Positions 48,822 to 57,327 are shown, counted from the stretch's first letter. The stretch: DNA of 64,000 bases from Nitrospirota bacterium (GCA_963840455.1 CAWIYV010000014.1:448001-512000); one strand, 5' to 3'. Notes: generated from the sequence alone by a model not told the origin. Numbers and translations are program-made.

Positions 48822-50132
48822 ATGAAGAAGTTTATCGCAGTATTGGCAGTTCTCGCCCTGACCCTCACGATGGCTTCTGTGGCAATGGCAGAGGTGACCG
48901 TGAGCGGCAGCGTCGACATCCGGAGCCTGGAGCTGAACAATAACACGGATTTCTCGGACAAGGTGAACGATCGATACAGAAATACGCAGGAGCGCATCCG
49001 CGTCAACGTCGACGCGAAGAATGACAATGTCAAGGGTCGGGTGACCTTTGAGAACGACTGGGAAGCCTGGGGCTCGCAGACCAACATCACGACCGGCGGC
49101 ATGCTCTCCGGCGCGAAGACGGGCGTGGAAGCCCGTCAAGGCCAGGCTAATAATGGCAACAAGTTCGGTATCCGCGAGGGCTGGATCGACTTCACCATCC
49201 CCGGCGCACAGCCGGCGCATGTGAAGGTCGGCCATCAGTTCCTGCAGCTCGGCAACGGCTGGTTCTTCCGCTCCATGAAGTACGGCTCTGATGCCTGGCT
49301 GGTCGGTCTGCCCGGCAAGAACACGATCGCTTTCGTGGATGTGAAGGCTGCTGAGAACACCAACACACAATCGGACGATGTCGACGCCTATGTGCTGCTC
49401 GATAACTTCAAGATCGATGACACCAAGACCGTCGGTATCTATTTTGCGCGTGTAAAGGACTCCCGGAATCTGCTCTTTAGCGGGCTCGGTCTTGGTGCCG
49501 CGGGAACGGAAGCCAACCTGGACAACATCGGCCTCTGGTTCAATGGCAAGCTCGGCCCGGTGAACCTCCAGGCAGAGCTTGATTACCAGATGGGCGAGGC
49601 AAAGGGCGCAGGCGCGGTCTCTACCTCCAAGTTCAAAGGCAACCAGATCGTTGTCCAGGGCAATGTGCAGCTCGCGCCTGCCGCGGTCAACTTCCTGGTC
49701 GCCAGGGGCACCGGCGACAAGGGGGACTCCACGTCGCCAGACTTAAAGTCCTATGTCCCGATCCTCGATTCTGACCCGCATTACACGGTCGTGTACGAGT
49801 ATTTCGCGCCGACTGCTTGCGGTTTCAAGAACACGGGCTTCTGCAACACCACGGCGCTGGCCGTCGGCGGGTCTATGGAGTTCACAAAGTGGTTTACCGC
49901 CGACCTCAACCTCTTTTATCTGAAGGCGACCGAGAAGGTGCTCAATGGCGCCGGCGAACTGACCGATGAGATCGGCAACGAGATCGACCTGGTCCTGAAG
50001 TTCAAGCTCTATGACCAGCTGACCTGGAACTGGCAGCTCGCTCGCCTGATGGCGGGCAAGATGTATGATGGGGCTGTGAACAAGGCAGACGACATCGATG
50101 CCATCCAGGGCATCCTGAGCTACAAGTTCTAA
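48822..50132 (+). CDS. Outer-membrane porin (OmpJ/alginate-export-like beta-barrel)
   Basis: Signal peptide ending AMA, amphipathic beta-strands, EIGNEIDL motif, terminal YKF. Confidence 0.85.
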   Translation: MKKFIAVLAVLALTLTMASVAMAEVTVSGSVDIRSLELNNNTDFSDKVNDRYRNTQERIRVNVDAKNDNVKGRVTFENDWEAWGSQTNITTGGMLSGAKTGVEARQGQANNGNKFGIREGWIDFTIPGAQPAHVKVGHQFLQLGNGWFFRSMKYGSDAWLVGLPGKNTIAFVDVKAAENTNTQSDDVDAYVLLDNFKIDDTKTVGIYFARVKDSRNLLFSGLGLGAAGTEANLDNIGLWFNGKLGPVNLQAELDYQMGEAKGAGAVSTSKFKGNQIVVQGNVQLAPAAVNFLVARGTGDKGDSTSPDLKSYVPILDSDPHYTVVYEYFAPTACGFKNTGFCNTTALAVGGSMEFTKWFTADLNLFYLKATEKVLNGAGELTDEIGNEIDLVLKFKLYDQLTWNWQLARLMAGKMYDGAVNKADDIDAIQGILSYKF

Positions 50133-50186
50133 CCGCAGTACGATGCCGTGCCGGCGAACCCGGCAGGGCTGTCAAGCATAAGAAGG

Positions 50187-50219
50187 ACCCCCGGGCAGAG
50201 ATGCCCGGGGGTTTTTTTT
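50187..50219 (+). terminator. Intrinsic terminator
   Basis: ACCCCCGGGCA/TGCCCGGGGGT stem followed by a T-run. Confidence 0.9.
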
Positions 50220-50282
50220 GAGCGACGATTATAAATCACAGCTTGAGATTATTTGTTGTTCAATACATCACAGGAGGGAAAC

Positions 50283-50849
50283 ATGAAGAAGATCGCAATT
50301 GTTGCAGTGGTAGTGGTCATGATGGCGGGCCTTGCGGGCAGCGCTTTTGCCGCGAACAGCCTGGCCCAGGGGTCCAAGGCTATCAGCGTTGGGATGGGCG
50401 ACAGTTATTTCTCGCATACATTCTCACCGCAAACTCCAGGGGCTGTTAATAACGTCGTGGATATCAGCGGTCGGTACTTCGTTGCCAAGGATATGGCGCT
50501 CTACGGAGGGTTCGGTTTGCAGCTCAACAGCGGCGATTATGACGGCACCTATTTCAGCTTCACCGTAGGGGCCCGCAAATATCTGAGCACGAACGATTTC
50601 GCGCCTTTCATAGGCGGCCAGCTTGCATATGCCACGGTAGACGCGAAGCTCAACGGAACGAAGTTTGTCGACCAGTCGGTCTTTGACATTGCAGGAATGT
50701 TCGGCGCCGAGTATTTCTTCAGCAAGAACTTCAGCGTGGAGGGCTCCATTGGTCTCGGAGTTGGTCAGTTCAACGATGATCTCAATAATGCAGACAGCAC
50801 CTATCTCGGCACGAGGACAGTGGGCGTGCAGGCAAACTTCTACTTCTAA
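50283..50849 (+). CDS. Small outer-membrane beta-barrel protein
   Basis: Signal peptide ending AFA, GAEYFFSKNFSVEG motif, terminal FYF. Confidence 0.85.
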   Translation: MKKIAIVAVVVVMMAGLAGSAFAANSLAQGSKAISVGMGDSYFSHTFSPQTPGAVNNVVDISGRYFVAKDMALYGGFGLQLNSGDYDGTYFSFTVGARKYLSTNDFAPFIGGQLAYATVDAKLNGTKFVDQSVFDIAGMFGAEYFFSKNFSVEGSIGLGVGQFNDDLNNADSTYLGTRTVGVQANFYF

Positions 50850-50902
50850 GCACGGTTCAGAGATCATGCCACTGTCATGATCCGACAGCAGAGCTGAAAC
50901 AC

Positions 50903-50937
50903 AAATCCCCGGAGAGTCCATCTTTCCGGGGATTTTT
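50903..50937 (+). terminator. Intrinsic terminator
   Basis: AAATCCCCGGA/TCCGGGGATTT stem followed by T residues. Confidence 0.85.
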
Positions 50938-50982
50938 ATTGTGACAAGGTTGGAGCTCTTCAGGAATAGAAAGGCAAAAAGA

Positions 50983-51200
50983 TTTTACCGCGAAGGCGCG
51001 AAGAACGCGAAGAAGGTCAAAGACCTCGATTATTTAGACCAAGGACCGAAAGTTCCTTACGCAACAGAGCCACTGAGTAACAAATGGATATCTCAGTTAA
51101 GGCTTTCTCTGAGAGCGCTGAACTCTCTGTGACAAAAGATGATGAGAAGAATGCTTTCTTTTTAGTATCCCCTCGCGACCTTCGCGCCTTCGCGGTTCAA
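50983..51200. mobile_element. Putative non-autonomous element bounded by 26-bp 9-nt-periodic inverted repeats
   Basis: ACCGCGAAGGCGCGAAGAACGCGAAG (50987-51012) and CCTCGCGACCTTCGCGCCTTCGCGGT (51171-51196); same ends as the GxxExxY element. Confidence 0.75.
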
Positions 51201-51225
51201 GGGGCTTGGGTTTTTGTCGGCTAGA

Positions 51226-52077
51226 TCACGGATTCTGCAGTTTCGCGGCCTTGACCACGTGCTTCAGGAGTACCCGCGTAGTGACGGTGCCTACGCCGCC
51301 CGGCACCGGGGTGATGGCGCCGGCGACCTCTTTGGCCGGCTCCGTGTCCACGTCGCCGAACAGCTTGTCGCCTTCCACGTTGATGCCCACGTCCATGACC
51401 GTTGCCCCCGGCTTGATATAGTTCGGCGTGATCATCTTTGCCTTGCCGATGGCCGCAACGAGGATGTCGGCGCGGCGGCAGACCCCTGGCAGGTCCTGGG
51501 TCCGCGAGTGGCAGACGGTGACTGTTGCGTTCTCGCCCAAGAGCAGCATGGCCTGGGGCTTGCCCACCACCATGGAGCGGCCGATGACCACGGCCTCCTT
51601 GCCGCTCATCGGAATGGTGTAGAAGCGGAGCATCTCCATGACGGCCTGGGGCGTGGCGGGCGGGAATCCGGTCATATCGCCGGCCATGACCTTGCCGGCG
51701 TTCACGGGATTGAAGCAGTCGATGTCCTTTTCCGGCGCAAGAATATGCTTGACCACGTCCTCGCTGATCTGCTTCGGGAAGGGCCGCATGACGATGATGC
51801 CGTGGATGGCCTTGTTGCTGTTCCGCTCCTTCAGTATCTTGACGAACTCATCCTGGCCCGTGGTCCCCGGCAGCTGCTCGATGTCGCAGGCGATGCCGTT
51901 CTTTTCGGCCATCTTCTTCGCACTGTTCGCGTAGGCCAGCGAGTCCGGAGCATCGCCTACGATCATGATCTTGAGGGCGGGATTGATGCCTTTTCCCTTG
52001 AGGGCCTGAACCTCTGCCTGGATGTCCTGGTCCATCTTCTGCGCCACTTCTTTTCCCGTCAACAGTTTTGCCGCCAT
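51226..52077 (-). CDS. folD: Methylenetetrahydrofolate dehydrogenase FolD (probably monofunctional)
   Basis: GRSMVVGKP, DVGIN and TPVPGGVG motifs; E. coli K54 and Q98 equivalents are Ala and Met. Confidence 0.93.
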   Translation of the reverse strand: MAAKLLTGKEVAQKMDQDIQAEVQALKGKGINPALKIMIVGDAPDSLAYANSAKKMAEKNGIACDIEQLPGTTGQDEFVKILKERNSNKAIHGIIVMRPFPKQISEDVVKHILAPEKDIDCFNPVNAGKVMAGDMTGFPPATPQAVMEMLRFYTIPMSGKEAVVIGRSMVVGKPQAMLLLGENATVTVCHSRTQDLPGVCRRADILVAAIGKAKMITPNYIKPGATVMDVGINVEGDKLFGDVDTEPAKEVAGAITPVPGGVGTVTTRVLLKHVVKAAKLQNP

Positions 52078-52160
52078 GGTCGCTCCTTTATAAACATGAT
52101 TTGCCGCATGCAGCTGAGATCATAAAGCAAAGATTGAAATCAACATCACAATCGTAAAGC

Positions 52161-52659
52161 TTTTACCGCGAAGGCGCGAAGAACGCCAAGGAAATCAGAA
52201 GGGAATTCTGCGTGCAATGAAATAGAATATCTACAGATTGTTGACCATTCTCTTGATGCCGTCTTTCATGCGGGGTACATTCCAGTTGAGTAAAAAACCC
52301 AATTTGCATTTTTTCATCTTCAAATAGGTCAGCAGCTGTGCTTCGTGTACCGGCAGGAGTTTCTCAACGGTCTTGTGTTCGACGATTACTGATCCTTGCA
52401 CGATCATATCTATTCGATAACCTGCATCAATGATAATTTTCTCATAGATAATCGCAAAACCACTTCGCACTCTACGGTTAATTCATCTTTATTCAGTTCA
52501 TACTTCATGCATTTCTGATATGCCGATTCCATCAAGCCGGGGCCTAAAATAGTATGTACTTTAATGGCAACATCAACGATCCTTTTAGCGATCTCTTCTA
52601 TATCCATAAACGGATTTCCGAGATTTACTCTTCGCGTCCTTCGCGCCTTGGCGGTTCAA
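52161..52659. mobile_element. Putative mobile cassette: GxxExxY gene between 26-bp inverted repeats
   Basis: Inverted repeats at 52165-52190 and 52630-52655 match 23/26. Low-GC interior, located between fchA and folD. Confidence 0.72.
52231..52607 (-). pseudogene. GxxExxY protein (PD-(D/E)xK-like), split by a 1-bp frameshift
   Basis: 5' part VHTILGPGLMESAYQKC; 3' part YRIDMIV..IVEHK..HEAQLLTYLK..GFLLNW. One base appears missing near 52454 (TTG CG ATT instead of TTG CCG ATT). Confidence 0.88.
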
Positions 52660-52689
52660 GGTTTTACCGCAGCCCGGACACTGATTTTC

Positions 52690-53316
52690 TTACCCCATCT
52701 TCCTATACGTCGTCTCCATCACGCTCTTCTCGAGCGCAGCCACCTGCTTCAGAACATCCTGCATCTTCGACCATGTCGGCTTATTGTAGGCCTCGTCCTT
52801 GATGCTGTTGACATTGATCTTGACGTTCAGCGCGGCGCTCTGGGCGCAGGCCTGGGCGAGGAGCACTGCCACGCCGGCGTCGCTCACCGCGGCCACGTTG
52901 CCGATATCGGCAGCGCGCTGGGCGAGTCTCGCAACCTCCAGGGATTTCAGACCGATCTCGAAGGGGACCTGGCAGGCCAGCTTCAGCGCCTCCTGCATCT
53001 TTGCAGTGCGCGCGGCCTTCTCGGCGTCGGTGTTCTTCGGCATCTTGTAGACCTCGGAGAGTCCGCCGTAGACCTCGGTGTCCTTCTGGATCAGGTCCTG
53101 CATTTCGGTCCGGAGCTTCTCCGACTCCTTGATCAGGGCCTCGACCTGGGGCTGGACATCCTTGTATTTTTCCTTGCCCAGGGTTAGGCTGCAGACCATG
53201 CTGACGAGCCCGGCGCCGAGGGATCCGGTGAGCGCGGCAACGCTCCCGCCGCCCGGTTCGGGGGACTTGCTGGCAAGCTTATCCAGGAAATGACGAATCG
53301 GCTGGTCGATATACAT
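52690..53316 (-). CDS. fchA: Methenyltetrahydrofolate cyclohydrolase (FTCD-C/cyclodeaminase family)
   Basis: LASKSPEPGGGSVAAL, GNVAAVSDAGVA and LNVKIN motifs; co-oriented with folD. Confidence 0.85.
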   Translation of the reverse strand: MYIDQPIRHFLDKLASKSPEPGGGSVAALTGSLGAGLVSMVCSLTLGKEKYKDVQPQVEALIKESEKLRTEMQDLIQKDTEVYGGLSEVYKMPKNTDAEKAARTAKMQEALKLACQVPFEIGLKSLEVARLAQRAADIGNVAAVSDAGVAVLLAQACAQSAALNVKINVNSIKDEAYNKPTWSKMQDVLKQVAALEKSVMETTYRKMG

Positions 53317-53366
53317 GGGAAGGCACCTCGCAAAGGGGAGTTGTGGAACGGGGTCAATGGTTTATA

Positions 53367-53395
53367 AGATTAGTAAAAAGAGGCTTCTTTGTCAA
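53367..53395 (-). promoter_or_regulatory. Putative proximal promoter of fchA
   Basis: Minus strand TTGACA-17 bp-TAATCT. Confidence 0.5.
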
Positions 53396-53477
53396 TAAAA
53401 AATGCCCCCCTCTCCGACATTGCTGTCTTCAAGGGAGGCATTTCAGGGGAGGCGTATATAATCGCTATTTGAGATTA

Positions 53478-53559
53478 ACTATATCCATAGTTTTAGAATA
53501 AGTCAAGAATAAAATAGTACAAGTTTTTCTTGACTCAAATTGTTGGGCTTTGGTATTAT
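53478..53559. promoter_or_regulatory. Back-to-back divergent sigma-70 promoters (fchA / ccdA)
   Basis: Minus strand TTGACT-17-TATAGT (53506-53478); plus strand TTGACT-18-TATTAT (53530-53559). Confidence 0.55.
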
Positions 53560-53587
53560 ACAAAACCTGTCATGGACAGGCTTTATC

Positions 53588-54316
53588 ATGGACATATCGC
53601 ACGGCCTTTCCATAACCTCATTGTTCTTTTCCCTGCTGATGGGTGTGGTGTCCTTTGCCTCTCCCTGCATCCTTCCGCTCATCCCGTCCTACGTTTCCTA
53701 CATCACGGGGATCAGCTTTGACGAGCTGGTAGGGCCGGAATCCCGCAGGAAGAACATCAATACGACGCTGCTGCATTCGCTGGCATTCGTGGCCGGGTTC
53801 ACGGTCATCTTCGTCCTCCTGGGCGCCACGGCGAGCATCGTCGGCCAGCTGATGATCCAGTACCTGAAGCCCATCCGCATCGCGGGCGGCGTCCTCCTGA
53901 TCGTCCTGGGGTTGTTCGTGTCCGATGTCATTCCCATCCCTTTCCTGCAGCAGGACGCAAAGATACATCTGAAGCACCGTCCGGCGGGATTCTTCGGAAC
54001 TTTCTTCGTCGGCGTGATCTTCGCCGCTGGCTGGACGCCCTGCACCGGGCCCTTCCTTGCCGCGGCGCTCATGCAGGCGGCGCAGGCGGAGACCATGGCG
54101 ACCGGCATGGTGCTGCTGGTGTTCTACTCCCTCGGGATCGGGATACCGTTCATCCTTTCGGCCATCGCCATCAGCGTCTTCCTGTCGTCGTTCAAGAAGC
54201 TGAAGGACCATTTTCATGCGATCAAGATCGCGAGCGGTGCCATCCTCGTCATCATGGGCCTGCTGCTCATCACCGATAAGTGGACATTGATCACGTCCTA
54301 TCTCATGAACCCGTAA
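53588..54316 (+). CDS. ccdA: CcdA/DsbD-type transmembrane thiol-disulfide electron transporter
   Basis: SFASPCILPLIPSY and GWTPCTGPFL motifs; 6 TM segments. Confidence 0.92.
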   Translation: MDISHGLSITSLFFSLLMGVVSFASPCILPLIPSYVSYITGISFDELVGPESRRKNINTTLLHSLAFVAGFTVIFVLLGATASIVGQLMIQYLKPIRIAGGVLLIVLGLFVSDVIPIPFLQQDAKIHLKHRPAGFFGTFFVGVIFAAGWTPCTGPFLAAALMQAAQAETMATGMVLLVFYSLGIGIPFILSAIAISVFLSSFKKLKDHFHAIKIASGAILVIMGLLLITDKWTLITSYLMNP

Positions 54317-54334
54317 GGGGGCGAACGAACGAAT

Positions 54335-54754
54335 ATGGGAGCTGAAACCCTGGATATCTTGAAGGACAAGGACGCACCGCTGTATACCATGGGGGTCGCC
54401 GCCCGGCTAGTGGGCACGACGGCGCAGACGCTGCGGCTCTATGAAAAGCACGGACTGATCCTGCCGACGCGGGAGCGCCGGAACCGGCTTTATACCGAGA
54501 ACGACATCAAGTGGCTGCGCTGCATCCGGGAGCTGATCCACAACAAGAAGATCAGCATAGAGGGGATCAAGAAACTGCTCGACTATGCGCCCTGCTGGGA
54601 GGTCAAGGACTGCCCTGATGACCGGCGCGTCGTGTGCACGGCATTCACGAACAAGAGCAAACCCTGCTGGGAGACCACCCGCTGCCGGAAGGACGAGGAC
54701 TGTTCGACCTGCGTGGTCTATCTGAAAGGCGTAAAGAAGGCGGCGAAGAAGTGA
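54335..54754 (+). CDS. MerR/HspR-like regulator with Cys-rich C-terminal domain
   Basis: TLRLYEKHGLILP..RLYTENDI HTH; tail PCWEVKDC..C..PCWETTRC..CSTC. Confidence 0.9.
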   Translation: MGAETLDILKDKDAPLYTMGVAARLVGTTAQTLRLYEKHGLILPTRERRNRLYTENDIKWLRCIRELIHNKKISIEGIKKLLDYAPCWEVKDCPDDRRVVCTAFTNKSKPCWETTRCRKDEDCSTCVVYLKGVKKAAKK

Positions 54755-54760
54755 GAACTT

Positions 54761-54873
54761 CAGGAGACAGCAGTCAGTAGACAGTAGACAGAAGAAGTTC
54801 ACGGAAGACAGGTGCAGTTGAAGACCCTGCGTATTCAGCCTCCTGTCTACGGTATGCTGTATTCCGTCTACTC
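54761..54873. repeat. 7-nt-periodic inverted array between convergent genes
   Basis: CAGGAGA CAGCAGT CAGTAGA CAGTAGA CAGAAGA facing TCTACGG TATGCTG TATTCCG TCTACTC. Confidence 0.75.
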
Positions 54874-54878
54874 GCTGT

Positions 54879-55553
54879 TCAAGGATGTTCCTCAACCCAC
54901 ACCACGCCGTCCGGCGTGGTCTCTTTTTTCCAGATAGGCGTGATCCGCTTCAATTCATCGATGCAGAACCGGCAGGCCTGGAACGCCTCGTCCCGGTGGA
55001 CCGCTGCGACGACGATCAGCACGATGTTCTCGCCGATCGGCAGCGTCCCGACGCGGTGGATGATGGTCGCGTCGATGATGCCAAACGTGCGGATGGCGCT
55101 CTCCCGGATCTCTTCCAGCTTCTTCTCGGCCATGCCCGGATAGTGTTCGAACTCGAGCTTGGCCACCGACTCGCCCCGCGAGATGTCCCGGGTCGTGCCC
55201 AGGAACGTGACGATGCCGCCGATGGAACTCGAGGTCTTCTTGATCCTCGCGACCTCCACGTCGAGCGAAAAGGGCTCTGTCTGGACGCGGACGAAGCCCT
55301 GCTGTTCCTGGCCCCCGGAGAAGGGCGGCATGAGCCCCACCTCGTCGCCGTCCCTGAGCGGCGCATCCTGCTTCACGAACTCCTGGTTCACCGAGACCAT
55401 GATCCGGCCGCAGGACAGGCTGTCCTTCAGCGCGGGGAAACGGCCAGCGATCACGTCCAGAAGGTCCTTCACCGTCGCCGGCCTTTCGGTAAGGACAACC
55501 TCCGTAGTCCCCGCCTTATCCTTGAGCATCGCGAACATCTTTACTGTGATCAT
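54879..55553 (-). CDS. Fused molybdopterin synthase MoaD-MoaE (MoaX-like)
   Basis: MoaD domain ending PPFSGG, then MoaE (GGIVTFLGTTR, HRVGTL, PIWKKE). Confidence 0.92.
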   Translation of the reverse strand: MITVKMFAMLKDKAGTTEVVLTERPATVKDLLDVIAGRFPALKDSLSCGRIMVSVNQEFVKQDAPLRDGDEVGLMPPFSGGQEQQGFVRVQTEPFSLDVEVARIKKTSSSIGGIVTFLGTTRDISRGESVAKLEFEHYPGMAEKKLEEIRESAIRTFGIIDATIIHRVGTLPIGENIVLIVVAAVHRDEAFQACRFCIDELKRITPIWKKETTPDGVVWVEEHP

Positions 55554-57181
55554 GTAGTCAACTCCCTTCGAGCGCCGCTCATTGCGGCATCAGCAATGTC
55601 CGGGACCAGGTGGTTCTCGATCATGCACTGGAGCATTTCGAGCTCGTCCTTGTCGAACCAGGTGAGGCCGCAGTAGCTGCACCGGTCCACCTCGATCAGG
55701 TGCGCCTGGCTGTAGAATCCGCGGGACATGGGATTCTTGCATTTCGGGCAGGAGAGGCGGGGAAACTGGCCGGCGCTGGTGTCGCTGACCTTCTGATAGA
55801 TCCTCCGGGACTGATTCTCCTTGAGGACCGCCCGGGCAAGGACAGTGACCCGCTCCGAGCATGGCCGGTCCCTGCCGGTCCGCGCGATGATCCGGGGTAT
55901 CTTGTCCGTCTCAACGAGCGTCCCTGCGCAGAAACAGCACGGATAGATGCGGGTCCCTTCGTAGGTCGCGGTGACAAGGGGTTGTTTGCAGGCCGGACAG
56001 GTAAACCCGTTCGGGGCCGGTTCTGTCCCGTTCAGGCGCTGCAGGAAGATCGTGTTGACGATGGGGTCCTTCCAGGCGCGGTCCGGGGTCCGGCCCCCTC
56101 CCGGGACGATCCAGGAAAGGGGGGACAGCCACGGCAGTGCCGCCAGCTCCTGGAGCGTGAACGGCCCCTGCCAGTCCTGTTTCGGGCTCATGACGAAATA
56201 TTTCTGACCGGCGGCCTGTTCGCCCGGGTTCCGCTGCGCTTCTTTCCGGTCAAGCTCGTCGATGCTCACCCGCGCCATCCCGAGCAGGATGTCCATCCTC
56301 TTTCTGAGTGGCGGATGCGTCGAGAGCAGGTCTGCCCAGAAACCTTCTGCCTCATCCAGCGCCGTGGCCTGCGGGTTCACGATGCAGAGCATCTCGAAGC
56401 CGCTGCCGATGAATCCTGAACCACGCCAGCTCCGGGAGAGTCTACGGAGCGCTTCGGCCAACGCAAGAGGGTCCCGGGTCATGCGAACCGCTGCGGCGTC
56501 TGCGCGATACTCCCGCTCGCGGGAGATGAACATGTTGAGAAGATACCCCAGCTGCAGCAGGATCCAGGCGAGGAAAAAGGCCGGCAGCGAGAATACCCGG
56601 TTCTCGGACGAATAACGGAGCTTTTCCATGGCTGATGAGAGCGTGCCGAAGAGGCTGGCTGCGACCGTGGTCTCGAGGCAGTCACCGGATAGGATGTGGT
56701 GCGCCTCATGGCAGACCACCGCCTCGATCTGGGGACGCCTGAGGCGGGAGAGCAGGCCCTCGGTGATGGCGATCAGCGCGTTCCCCTTCAGGTCCTCGGC
56801 GGCCAGGGCGTTCAGGGAGAGGGAGGGGATGACCGCGCACTGGATGGTCCGCTTGTTGCCCATGACGACATGGACCTCCTCCATGATGTTCGAGAACATC
56901 CTGTGGATCTCGTCATCCGGATCAGGAGGCCGTGCGTCGAGGCTGTGGATCACGCTGTTCACGGTATTGTAGGCAGCGAACCAGAAGTGTATTCCCGCGC
57001 CGAGGAGCGCCAGCAGGCCAGCGACCACCCAGAAGCGAGGCGTCGTCGTGCCGAGCGTCACGGGAAGGATCGCCAGGCCGAAGGCCGCGAGCACGCCCAG
57101 ATAGACGAGCAGGAGGACGACGAAGAACAGCGCGATGCGCCAGTTCTTTTGCCGCTCTATGTCGATGAAGGTCAGGGGCAT
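55550..57181 (-). CDS. HtpX-like M48 zinc metalloprotease with GYF-like and two zinc-ribbon domains
   Basis: AITEGLL, HEAHH, SREREYRAD and STHPPL motifs; QGPF motif; CPAC/CCFC and CPKC/CSYC pairs. Confidence 0.88.
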   Translation of the reverse strand: MPLTFIDIERQKNWRIALFFVVLLLVYLGVLAAFGLAILPVTLGTTTPRFWVVAGLLALLGAGIHFWFAAYNTVNSVIHSLDARPPDPDDEIHRMFSNIMEEVHVVMGNKRTIQCAVIPSLSLNALAAEDLKGNALIAITEGLLSRLRRPQIEAVVCHEAHHILSGDCLETTVAASLFGTLSSAMEKLRYSSENRVFSLPAFFLAWILLQLGYLLNMFISREREYRADAAAVRMTRDPLALAEALRRLSRSWRGSGFIGSGFEMLCIVNPQATALDEAEGFWADLLSTHPPLRKRMDILLGMARVSIDELDRKEAQRNPGEQAAGQKYFVMSPKQDWQGPFTLQELAALPWLSPLSWIVPGGGRTPDRAWKDPIVNTIFLQRLNGTEPAPNGFTCPACKQPLVTATYEGTRIYPCCFCAGTLVETDKIPRIIARTGRDRPCSERVTVLARAVLKENQSRRIYQKVSDTSAGQFPRLSCPKCKNPMSRGFYSQAHLIEVDRCSYCGLTWFDKDELEMLQCMIENHLVPDIADAAMSGARRELTT

Positions 57182-57210
57182 GGTGAAGAAGCAGGATAGA
57201 GGAGCCAGAA

Positions 57211-57327
57211 TTGAAGCTCCCTGCAGCAAGCTGCAGGGAGCTTCGATCCTCAGGGTAATTATATTTATCCTGATCGCTCGCTAACTCCGCAGCAAGCTGC
57301 GGGTGGATGCGCTCGCTCCTGGATTCA
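57211..57327. mobile_element. ~117-bp double-hairpin element (IS200/IS605-like MITE), copy 1
   Basis: TTGAAGCTCCCTGCAGCAAGCTGCAGGGAGCTTC...CCGCAGCAAGCTGCGG...CGCTCGCTCCTGGATTCA; homologous to 58899-59037. Confidence 0.75.

Noticed and set aside
50983-52659. CRISPR array interpretation of the GCGAAG repeats
   Set aside because: The repeats are inverted pairs with degenerate 9-nt units. There are no regularly spaced direct repeats with unique spacers and no cas genes.
53317-53480. THF or ZTP riboswitch upstream of fchA-folD
   Set aside because: No consensus motif recognised, and the leader is short and occupied by promoter-like boxes.
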